Assembly: GCA_964035545.1 (NCBI GenBank)
Contig: OZ037771.1
Location: 10,048,480 to 10,112,479, forward strand
Direction: 5' to 3'
Origin: Bugula neritina
Lineage: Eukaryota; Animalia; Bryozoa
DNA length: 64,000 bases
This document shows, in pieces, positions 1 to 15,000 of the stretch. The first letter of the stretch is position 1. Each line of letters opens with the position of its first letter. The notes under the pieces are model-generated. The model had not been told where the DNA came from. It saw only the letters and a list, made by a program, of their open reading frames with translations, and did not search any database. The translations under genes and the position numbers were made by a program.

Positions 1-3000
1 AAATACACTGTTACATGCCAAAATAAACTGCAACATACTGCAACATACTGAAATACACTGTAACATACTCAAATACACTGCAACATTCTGCAACATATTG
101 AAATATACTGCAACACACTGAAATATACTGCAACACACTGAAATATACTGCAAAATACTGAAATATACTTCAACATACTGCAACATACTGAAAGACACTA
201 CAACTCACTGAAGTATAGTGCAATATACAGAAATGTACTCTAACATACTGATATTTAATGTTACACACTGAAATATACTACAACATACTGAAATACACTG
301 TAACATACCGAAATAAGCTGCAACATACTGCAACATACTGAAATACACTGTAACATGATGAAGTACACTGCAACACATTGAAATACACTGCAACAAACTG
401 AAATATACTGCAACATACTGAAATGTACTGCAACATACTGAAATACATTGCAACATATCGAAGTATATCGTAATAAACGGACATGTACTGAAACATACTG
501 AAACACACTGAAACATACTGAAACATACTGAAACATACTGAAATACACTGCAACAAACTGCAACATACTGAAACATACTGTAACATGATGAAAAACACTG
601 CAACACATTGAAATATACTGCAACAAACTGAAATATACTGCAACATACTGAAACGTACTGCAACATACTGAAACTAATTGCAACATATCGAAGTATATCG
701 TAAAATACGGACATGTACTGTAACATACTGAAACACACTGAAACATACTGAAACATACTGAAACATACTGAAACATACTGAGATACACTGCAACATACTG
801 CAACATACTGAAATACACTGTAACATGATGAAATACACTGCAACACATTGGAATATACTGCAACAAACTGGAATATACTGCAACATACTGAAATGTGCTG
901 CAACATACTGAAATATACTGCAACATACTGAAATGTACTGCAACATACTGAAATACATTGCAACATATTGAAGTATATCGTAATAAACGGACATGTACTG
1001 AAACATACTGAAACATACTGAAACATACTGAAACATACTGAAACATACTGAAATACACTGTAACAAACTGAAATACACTGCAACAAGTTGGAATATACTG
1101 CAACATACCCAAGTATATGGTAATATAATGAAATATACTGCAACATACCGCAACATACTCAAAAACACTGTAACAAACTGAAATACGCTGCAACACATTG
1201 GAATAAACTGCGACATATCCAAATAAATGGTAATATACTGAAATATATTGAAATACACTGTAACACATTGAAAAATACTGCAACATACTGAAACACACTA
1301 CAACTCGCTGAAGTATAGTGTAACTTACTGAAATGTACTGTAACATAATGATATTTACTGCAACACACTGAAACATACTGCAACATACTGAAAAACACTG
1401 TTACATACTAAAATACACTGCAACATACCAAAATACACTGCAACAACCTGCAACATTCTGCAACATACTTCAACATACTGAAAAACACTGTAACAAACTG
1501 AAATACGCTGCAACACATTGGAATATACTGCAACATACCCAAATAAATGGTAACATACTGAAATATACTGAAATACAATGTAACACATTGAAAAATACTG
1601 CAACACACTGAAAGACACTACAACTCACTGAAGTATAGTGTAATATATGAAAACGTACTGTAACATACTGATATTTACTGCAACACACTGAAATATACTG
1701 CAACATACTGAAATACACTGTTACATGCCAAAATAAACTGCAACATACTGCAACATACTGAAATACACTGTAACATACTCAAATACACGGCAACATTCTG
1801 CAACATATTGAAATATACTGCAACACACTGAAATATACTGCAACACATCCAAGTAGACTGTAATATACGGACATGTACTGTAACATACTGAAACAAAATG
1901 AAATATACTGTAACACTCTGAGTAATACTGCAAAATGCAGAAATATACTGTAACACAGTGAAGTATACTGCAAAATTCTGAAACATACTGCAACATACTA
2001 AAACATGAGCAATATACTGAAAAAAGCCTCAGCATACTCAAGTATACTGCAAGATGCTGCAACATACGTAAATACACTGTAACATACTGAAATACACTGC
2101 AACATACTGCAGCATACTGAAGTACACTGTAAAATATTGAAATACACTGCAACACATTGGAATATACTGCAACACACTGAAATATACTGCAACATACTGA
2201 AATATACTGCAACATACTGCAACATACTAAAGTGCACTGTAACATACTGTAACTTACTGAAATACACTGCAACAAACTGTAACATACTGAAACACACTGA
2301 AACATACTGAAACATACTGAAACATACTGAGACATACTGAAATACACTGCAACATACTGAAACATACTGAAATATACTGAAATATACTAAAATACACTGG
2401 AACACATTGAAAAATACTGCAACATACTGAAAGACACTTCAACCCACTGAAGTATAGTGTAATATACGGAAATGTACTGTAACATACTGATATTTACTGT
2501 AACACACTGAAATATACTGCAACATACTGAATTACACTGTAACATACCGAAATAAACTGCAACATAATGCAACATACTGAATTACACTGTAACATACTAA
2601 AATACACTGCAACATTCTGCAACATACTTCAACGTACTGAAAGACACTGTAACATAATGAAATACACTGCAACACATTGAAATATACCGCAACAGACTGG
2701 AATGTACTGCAACACATCCAAGTACATCGTAATATACGGACATGTACTGTAACATACTGGAACATACTGAAATACACTGCATCAAACTGTAACATACTGA
2801 AACACACTGAAACATACTGAAACATACTGAAACATACTGTAACATACTGAAACACACTGAAACATACTGAAACATACTGAGACATACTGAAATACACTGC
2901 AACATACTGCAACATACTGAAATATACTGAAATATACTGAAATACACTGTAGCACATTGAAAAATACCGCAACATACTGAAAGACACTTCAACTCACTGA

Positions 3001-6000
3001 AGTATAGTGTAATATACGGAAATGTACTGTAACATACTGATATTTACTGTAACACACTGAAATATACTGCAACATACTGAAATACACTGTTACATGCCAA
3101 AATAAACTGCAACATACTGCAACATACTGAAATACACTGTAACATACTCAAATACACTGCAACATTCTGCAACATATTGAAATATACTGCAACACACTGA
3201 AATATACTGCAACACACTGAAATATACTGCAAAATACTGAAATATACTTCAACATACTGCAACATACTGAAAGACACTACAACTCACTGAAGTATAGTGC
3301 AATATACAGAAATGTACTCTAACATACTGATATTTAATGTTACACACTGAAATATACTACAACATACTGAAATACACTGTAACATACCGAAATAAGCTGC
3401 AACATACTGCAACATACTGAAATACACTGTAACATAATGAAGTACACTGCAACACATTGAAATACACTGCAACAAACTGAAATATACTGCAACACATCCA
3501 AGTAGACTGTAATATACGGACATGTACTGTAACATACTGAAACAAAATGAAATATACTGTAACACTCTGAGTAATACTGCAAAATGCTGAAATATACTGT
3601 AACACAGTGAAGTATACTGCAAAATTCTGAAACATACTGCAACATACTAAAACATGAGCCATATACTGAAAAATGCCTCAGCATACTCAAATATACTGCA
3701 AGATGCTGCAACATACGTAAATACACTGTAACATACTGAAATACACTGCAACATACTGCAGCATACTAAAGTACACTGTAAAATATTGAAATACACTGCA
3801 ACACATTGGAATATACTGCAACACACTGAAATATACTGCAACATACTGAAATATACTGCAACATACTGCAACATACTAAAGTGCACTGTAGCATACTGTA
3901 ACTTACTGAAATACACTGCAACAAACTGTAACATACTGCAACATACTGAAATATACTGCAAAATACTGAAATATACTTCAACATACTGCAACATACTGAA
4001 AGACACTACAACTCACTGAAGTATAGTGCAATATACAGAAATGTACTCTAACATACTGATATTTAATGTTACACACTGAAATATACTAAAACATACTGAA
4101 ATACACTGTAACATACCGAAATAGGCTGCAACATACTGCAACATACTGAAATACACTGTAACATGATGAAGTACACTGCAACACATTGAAATACACTGCA
4201 ACAAACTGAAATATACTGCAACATACTGAAATGTACTGCAACATACTGAAATACATTGCAACATATCGAAGTATATCGTAATAAACGGACATGTACTGAA
4301 ACATACTGAAACACACTGAAACATACTGAAACATACTGAAACATACTGAAATACACTGCAACAAACTGCAACGTACTGAAACATACTGTAACATGATGAA
4401 AAACACTGCAACACATTGAAATATACTGCAACAAACTGAAATATACTGCAACATACTGAAACGTACTGCAACATACTGAAACTAATTGCAACATATCGAA
4501 GTATATCGTAAAATACGGACATGTACTGTAACATACTGAAACACACTGAAACATACTGAAACATACTGAAACATACTGAAACATACTGAGATACACTGCA
4601 ACATACTGCAACATACTGAAATACACTGTAACATGATGAAATACACTGCAACACATTGGAATATACTGCAACAAACTGGAATATACTGCAACATACTGAA
4701 ATGTGCTGCAACATACTGAAATACATTGCAACATATCGAAGTATATCGTAATATACGGACATGTACTGTAACATACTGAAACACACTGAAACATACTGAA
4801 ACATACTAAAATATACTGAAACATACTGAAATACACTGTAACACATTGAAAAATACTGCAACATACTGAAGGACACTTCAACTCACTGAAGTATAGTGTA
4901 ATATACAGAAATGTACTGTAACATACTGATATTTACTGTAACACACTGAAATATACTGCAACATACTGAAATACACTGTAACATACCGAAATAAACTGCA
5001 ACATAATGCAACATACTGAATTACACTGTAACATACTAAAATACACTGCAACATTCTGCAACATACTTCAACGTACTGAAAGACACTGTAACATAATGAA
5101 ATACACTGCAACACATTGAAATATACCGCAACAGACAGGAATATACTGCAACACATCCAAGTACATAGTAGTATACGGACATGTACTGTAACATACTGGA
5201 ACATACTGAAACATACTGCAACATTCTGAAGTGCACTGTAAAATATTGAAATACACCGCAACAAACTGCAACATATTGAAGTACACTGTACATATTGAAA
5301 AACACTGCAACACACTGACATATACTGCAACACACTGAAATATACTGCAAAAAAACTGAATTATACTTCAACATACTGCAACATACTGAAAGACACTACA
5401 ACTCACTGAAGTATAGTGCAATATACAGAAATGTATTCTAACATACTGATATTTAATGTTACACACTGAAATATACTACAACATACTGAAATACACTGCA
5501 ACATACCGAAATAAGCTGCAACATACTGCAACATACTGAAATACACTGTAACATGATGTAGTACACTGCAACACATTGAAATATACTGCAACACACTGAA
5601 ATATACTGCAAAATACTGAATTATACTTCAACATACTGCAACATACTGAAAGACACTACAACTCACTGAAGTATAGTGCAATATACAGAAATGTACTCTA
5701 ACATACTGATATTTAATGTTACACACTGAAATATACTACAGCATACTGAAATACACTGTAACATACCGAAATAAGCTGCAACATACTGCAACATACTGAA
5801 ATACACTGTAACATGATGAAGTACACTGCAACACATTGAAATACACTGCAACAAACTGAAATATACTGCATCATACTGAAATGTACTGCAACATACTGAA
5901 ATACATTGCAACATATCGAAGTATATCGTAATAAACGGACATGTACTGAAACATACTGAAACACACTGAAACATACTGAAACATACTGAAACATACTGAA

Positions 6001-9000
6001 ATACACTGCAACAAACTGCAACATACTGAAACATACTGTAACATGATGAAAAACACTGCAACACATTGAAATATACTGCAACAAACTGAAATATACTGCA
6101 ACATACTGAAACGTACTGCAACATACTGAAACTAATTGCAACATATCGATGTATATCGTAAAATACGGACATGTACTGTAACATACTGAAACACACTGAA
6201 ACATACTGAAACATACTGAAACATACTGAAACATACTGAGATACACTGCAACATACTCTAACATACTGAAATACACTGTAACATGATGAAATACACTGCA
6301 ACACATTGGAATATACGGCAACAAACTGGAATATACAGCAACATACTGAAACGTGCTGCAACATACTGAAATACATTGCAATATATCGAAGTATATCGTA
6401 ATATACGGACATGTACTGCAACATACTGAAACACACTGAAACATACTGAAACATACTGAAATATACTGAAATATACTGAAATACACTGTAACACATTGAA
6501 AAATACTGCAACATACTGAAGGACACTTCAACTCACTGAAGTATAGTCTAATGTACAGAAATGTACTGTAACATACTGATATTTACTGTAACACACTGAA
6601 ATATACTGCAACATACTGAAATACACTGTAACATACCGAAATAAACTGCAACATAATGCAACATACTGAATTACACTGTAACATACTAAAATACACTGCA
6701 ACATTCTGCAACATACTTCAACGTACTGAAAGACACTGTAACATAATGAAATACACTGCAACACATTGAAATATACCGCAAGAGACTGGAATATACTGCA
6801 ACACATCCAAGTACATAGTAATATACGGACATGTACTGTAACATACTGGAACATACTGAAACATACTGCAACATTCTGAAGTACACTGTAAAATATTAAA
6901 ATACACCGCAACAAACTGCAACATATTGAAGTACACTGTACATATTGAAAAACACTGCAACACACTGAAATATACTGCAACACACTGAAATATACTGCAA
7001 AATACTGAATTATACTTCAACATACTGCAACATACTGAAAGACACTACAACTCACTGAAGCATAGTGCAATATACAGAAATGTATTCTAACATACTGATA
7101 TTTAATGTTACACACTGAAATATACTACAACATACTGAAATACACGGCAACATACCGAAATAAGCTGCAACATACTGCAACATCCTGAAATACACTGTAA
7201 CATGATGTAGTACACTGCAACACATTGAAATATACTGCAACAAACTGAAATATACTGCAACATACTGAAATGTACTGCAACATACTGAAATACATGGCAA
7301 CATATCGAAGTATATCGTAATAAACGGACATGTACTGTAACATACTGAAACACACTGAAACATACTGAAACATACTGAAACATACTGAAACATACTGAAA
7401 TACACTGCAACATACTGCAACACACTGAAACATACTGTAACATTATGAAATACACTGCAACACATTGAAATATACTGCAACAAACTGAAATATACTGCAA
7501 CATACTAAAACGTACTGCAACATACTGAAATACATTGCAACATATCGAAGTATATCGTAATATACGGACATGTACTGAAACATACTGAAACATACTGAGA
7601 CATACTGAAATACACTGCAACATACTGCAACATACTGAAATATACTGAAATATACTGAAATACACTGTAACACATTGAAAAATACCGCAACAGACTGAAA
7701 GACACTTCAACTCACTGAAGTATAGTGTAATATACGAAAATGTACTGTAACATACTGATATTTACTGTAACACACTGAAATGAACTGCAACATACTGAAA
7801 TACACTGTTACATGCCAAAATAAACTGCAACATACTGCAACATACTGAAATACACTGTAACATACTCAAATACACTGCAACATTCTGCAACATATTGAAA
7901 TATACTGCAACACACTGAAATATACTGCAACACACTGAAATATACTGCAAAATACTGAAAAATACTTCAACATACTGCAACATACTGAAAGACACTACAA
8001 CTCACTGAAGTATAGTGCAATATACAGAAATGTACTCTAACATACTGATATTTAATGTTACACACTGAAATATACTAAAACATACTGAAATACACTGTAA
8101 CATACCGAAATAAGCTGCAACATACTGCAACATACTGAAATACACCGTAACATGATGAAGTACACTGCAACACATTGAAATACACTGCAACAAACTGAAA
8201 TATACTGCAACATACTGAAATGTACTGCAACATACTGAAATACATTGCAACATATCGAAGTATATCGTAATAAACGGACATGTACTGAAACATACTGAAA
8301 CATACTGAAACGTACTGAAACATACTGAAACATACTGAAATACACTGTAACAAACTGAAATACACTGCAACAAGTTGGAATATACTGCAACATACCCAAG
8401 TATATGGTAATATAATGAAATATACTGCAACATACCGCAACATACTCAAAAACACTGTAACAAACTGAAATACGCTGCAACACATTGGAATAAACTGCGA
8501 CATATCGAAATAAATGGTAATATACTGAAATATATTGAAATACACTGTAACACATTGAAAAATACTGCAACATACTGAAACACACTACAACTCGCTGAAG
8601 TATAGTGTAACTTACTGAAATGTACTGTAACATAATGATATTTACTGCAACACACTGAAACATACTGCAACATACTGAAATACACTGTTACATACTAAAA
8701 TACACTGCAACATACTAAAATACACTGCAACAACCTGCAACATTCTGCAACATACTTCAACATACTGAAAAACACTGTAACAAACTGAAATACGCTGCAA
8801 CACATTGGAATATACTGCAACATACCCAAATAAATAGTAACATACTGAAATATACTGAAATACAATGTAACACATTGAAAAATACTGCAACACACTGAAA
8901 GACACTACAACTCACTGAAGTATAGTGTAATATATGAAAACGTACTGTAACATACTGATATTTACTGCAACACACTGAAATATACTGCAACATACTGAAA

Positions 9001-12000
9001 TACACTGTTACATGCCAAAATAAACTGCAACATACTGCAACATACTGAAATACACTGTAACATACTCAAATACACGGCAACATTCTGCAACATATTGAAA
9101 TATACTGCAACACACTGAAATATACTGCAACACATCCAAGTAGACTGTAATATACGGACATGTACTGTAACATACTGAAACAAAATGAAATATACTGTAA
9201 CACTCTGAGTAATACTGCAAAATGCTGAAATATACTGTAACACAGTGAAGTATACTGCAAAATTCTGAAACATACTGCAACATACTAAAACATGAGCAAT
9301 ATACTGAAAAATGCCTCAGCATACTCAAATATACTGCAAGATGCTGCAACATACGTAAATACACTGTAACATACTGAAATACACTGCAACATACTGCAGC
9401 ATACTGAAGTACACTGTAAAATATTGAAATACACTGCAACACATTGGAATATACTGCAACACACTGAAATATACTGCAACATACTGAAATATACTGCAAC
9501 ATACTGCAACATACTAAAGTGCACTGTAACATACTGTAACTTACTGAAATACACTGCAACAAACTGTAACATACTGAAATACATTGCAACATATCGAAGT
9601 ATATCGTAAAAAACGGACATGTACTGAAACATACTGAAACACACTGAAACATACTGAAACATACTGAAACATACTGAAATACACTGCAACAAACTGCAAC
9701 GTACTGAAACATACTGTAACATGATGAAAAACACTGCAACACATTGAAATATACTGCAACAAACTGAAATATACTGCAACATACTGAAACGTACTGCAAC
9801 ATACTGAAACTAATTGCAACATATCGAAGTATATCGTAAAATACGGACATGTACTGTAACATACTGAAACACACTGAAACATACTGAAACATACTGAAAC
9901 ATACTGAAACATACTGAGATACACTGCAACATACTGCAACATACTGAAATACACTGTAACATGATGAAATACACTGCAACACATTGGAATATACTGCAAC
10001 AAACTGGAATATACTGCAACATACTGAAATGTGCTGCAACATACTGAAATACATTGCAACATATCGAAGTATATCGTAATATACGGACATGTACTGTAAC
10101 ATACTGAAACACACTGAAACATACTGAAACATACTAAAATATACTGAAACATACTGAAATACACTGTAACACATTGAAAAATACTGCAACATACTGAAGG
10201 ACACTTCAACTCACTGAAGTATAGTGTAATATACAGAAATGTACTGTAACATACTGATATTTACTGTAACACACTGAAATATACTGCAACATACTGAAAT
10301 ACACTGTAACATACCGAAATAAACTGCAACATAATGCAACATACTGAATTACACTGTAACATACTAAAATACACTGCAACATTCTGCAACATACTTCAAC
10401 GTACTGAAAGACACTGTAACATAATGAAATACACTGCAACACATTGAAATATACCGCAACAGACAGGAATATACTGCAACACATCCAAGTACATAGTAGT
10501 ATACGGACATGTACTGTAACATACTGGAACATACTGAAACATACTGCAACATTCTGAAGTGCACTGTAAAATATTGAAATACACCGCAACAAACTGCAAC
10601 ATATTGAAGTACACTGTACATACTGAAAAACACTGCAACACACTGAAATATACTGCAACACACTGAAATATACTGCAAAAAAACTGAATTATACTTCAAC
10701 ATACTGCAACATACTGAAAGACACTACAACTCACTGAAGTATAGTGCAATATACAGAAATGTATTCTAACATACTGATATTTAATGTTACACACTGAAAT
10801 ATACTACAACATACTGAAATACACTGCAACATACCGAAATAAGCTGCAACATACTGCAACATACTGAAATACACTGTAACATGATGTAGTACACTGCAAC
10901 ACATTGAAATATACTGCAACACACTGAAATATACTGCAAAATACTGAATTATACTTCAACATACTGCAACATACTGAAAGACACTACAACTCACTGAAGT
11001 ATAGTGCAATATACAGAAATGTACTCTAACATACTGATATTTAATGTTACACACTGAAATATACTACAGCATACTGAAATACACTGTAACATACCGAAAT
11101 AAGCTGCAACATACTGCAACATACTGAAATACACTGTAACATGATGAAGTACACTGCAACACATTGAAATACACTGCAACAAACTGAAATATACTGCATC
11201 ATACTGAAATGTACTGCAACATACTGAAATACATTGCAACATATCGAAGTATATCGTAATAAACGGACATGTACTGAAACATACTGAAACACACTGAAAC
11301 ATACTGAAACATACTGAAACATACTGAAATACACTGCAACAAACTGCAACATACTGAAACATACTGTAACATGATGAAAAACACTGCAACACATTGAAAT
11401 ATACTGCAACAAACTGAAATATACTGCAACATACTGAAACGTACTGCAACATACTGAAACTAATTGCAACATATCGATGTATATCGTAAAATACGGACAT
11501 GTACTGTAACATACTGAAACACACTGAAACATACTGAAACATACTGAAACATACTGAAACATACTGAGATACACTGCAACATACTCTAACATACTGAAAT
11601 ACACTGTAACATGATGAAATACACTGCAACACATCGGAATATACGGCAACAAACTGGAATATACAGCAACATACTGAAACGTGCTGCAACATACTGAAAT
11701 ACATTGCAATATATCGAAGTATATCGTAATATACGGACATGTACTGCAACATACTGAAACACACTGAAACATACTGAAACATACTGAAATATACTGAAAT
11801 ATACTGAAATACACTGTAACACATTGAAAAATACTGCAACATACTGAAGGACACTTCAACTCACTGAAGTATAGTCTAATGTACAGAAATGTACTGTAAC
11901 ATACTGATATTTACTGTAACACACTGAAATATACTGCAACATACTGAAATACACTGTAACATACCGAAATAAACTGCAACATAATGCAACATACTGAATT

Positions 12001-15000
12001 ACACTGTAACATACTAAAATACACTGCAACATTCTGCAACATACTTCAACGTACTGAAAGACACTGTAACATAATGAAATACACTGCAACACATTGAAAT
12101 ATACCGCAAGAGACTGGAATATACTGCAACACATCCAAGTACATAGTAATATACGGACATGTACTGTAACATACTGGAACATACTGAAACATACTGCAAC
12201 ATTCTGAAGTACACTGTAAAATATTAAAATACACCGCAACAAACTGCAACATATTGAAGTACACTGTACATATTGAAAAACACTGCAACACACTGAAATA
12301 TACTGCAACACACTGAAATATACTGCAAAATACTGAATTATACTTCAACATACTGCAACATACTGAAAGACACTACAACTCACTGAAGCATAGTGCAATA
12401 TACAGAAATGTATTCTAACATACTGATATTTAATGTTACACACTGAAATATACTACAACATACTGAAGTACACTGCAACATACCGAAATAAGCTGCAACA
12501 TACTGCAACATACTGAAATACACTGTAACATGATGTAGTACACTGCAACACATTGAAATATACTGCAACAAACTGAAATATACTGCAACATACTGAAATG
12601 TACTGCAACATACTGAAATACATGGCAACATATCGAAGTATATCGTAATAAACGGACATGTACTGTAACATACTGAAACACACTGAAACATACTGAAACA
12701 TACTGAAACATACTGAAACATACTGAAATAAACTGCAACATACTGCAACTTACTGAAACATACTGTAACATTATGAAATACACTGCAACACATTGAAATA
12801 TACTGCAACAAACTGAAATATACTGCAACATACTAAAACGTACTGCAACATACTGAAATACATTGCAACATATCGAAGTATATCGTAATATACGGACATG
12901 TACTGAAACATACTGAAACATACTGAAACATACTGAGACATACTGAAATACACTGCAACATACTGCAACATACTGAAATATACTGAAATATACTGAAATA
13001 CACTGTAACACATTGAAAAATACCGCAACATACTGAAAGACACTTCAACTCACTGAAGTATAGTGTAATATACGAAAATGTACTGTAACATACTGATATT
13101 TACTGTAACACACTGAAATGAACTGCAACATACTGAAATACACTGTTACATGCCAAAATAAACTGCAACATACTGCAACATACTGAAATACACTGTAACA
13201 TACTCAAATACACTGCAACATTCTGCAACATATTGAAATATACTGCAACACACTGAAATATACTGCAACACACTGAAATATACTGCAAAATACTGAAATA
13301 TACTTCAACATACTGCAACATACTGAAAGACACTACAACTCACTGAAGTATAGTGCAATATACAGAAATGTACTCTAACATACTGATATTTAATGTTACA
13401 CACTGAAATATACTAAAACATACTGAAATACACTGTAACATACCGAAATAAGCTGCAACATACTGCAACATACTGAAATACACCGTAACATGATGAAGTA
13501 CACTGCAACACATTGAAATACACTGCAACAAACTGAAATATACTGCAACATACTGAAATGTACTGCAACATACTGAAATACATTGCAACATATCGAAGTA
13601 TATCGTAATAAACGGACATGTACTGAAACATACTGAAACATACTGAAACGTACTGAAACATACTGAAACATACTGAAATAGACTGTAACAAACTGAAATA
13701 CACTGCAACAAGTTGGAATATACTGCAACATACCCAAGTATATGGTAATATAATGAAATATACTGCAACATACCGCAACATACTCAAAAACACTGTAACA
13801 AACTGAAATACGCTGCAACACATTGGAATAAACTGCGACATATCGAAATAAATGGTAATATACTGAAATATATTGAAATACACTGTAACACATTGAAAAA
13901 TACTGCAACATACTGAAACACACTACAACTCGCTGAAGTATAGTGTAACTTACTGAAATGTACTGTAACATAATGATATTTACTGCAACACACTGAAACA
14001 TACTGCAACATACTGAAATACACTGTTACATACTAAAATACACTGCAACATACTAAAATACACTGCAACAACCTGCAACATTCTGCAACATACTTCAACA
14101 TACTGAAAAACACTGTAACAAACTGAAATACGCTGCAACACATTGGAATATACTGCAACATACCCAAATAAATAGTAACATACTGAAATATACTGAAATA
14201 CAATGTAACACATTGAAAAATACTGCAACACACTGAAAGACACTACAACTCACTGAAGTATAGTGTAATATATGAAAACGTACTGTAACATACTGATATT
14301 TACTGCAACACACTGAAATATACTGCAACATACTGAAATACACTGTTACATGCCAAAATAAACTGCAACATACTGCAACATACTGAAATACACTGTAACA
14401 TACTCAAATACACGGCAACATTCTGCAACATATTGAAATATACTGCAACACACTGAAATATACTGCAACACATCCAAGTAGACTGTAATATACGGACATG
14501 TACTGTAACATACTGAAACAAAATGAAATATACTGTAACACTCTGAGTAATACTGCAAAATGCTGAAATATACTGTAACACAGTGAAGTATACTGCAAAA
14601 TTCTGAAACATACTGCAACATACTAAAACATGAGCAATATACTGAAAAATGCCTCAGCATACTCAAATATACTGCAAGATGCTGCAACATACGTAAATAC
14701 ACTGTAACATACTGAAATACACTGCAACATACTGCAGCATACTGAAGTACACTGTAAAATATTGAAATACACTGCAACACATTGGAATATACTGCAACAC
14801 ACTGAAATATACTGCAACATACTGAAATATACTGCAACATACTGCAACATACTAAAGTGCACTGTAACATACTGTAACTTACTGAAATACACTGCAACAA
14901 ACTGTAACATACTGAAACACACTGAAACATACTGAAACATACTGAAACATACTGAGACATACTGAAATACACTGCAACATACTGAAACATACTGAAATAT

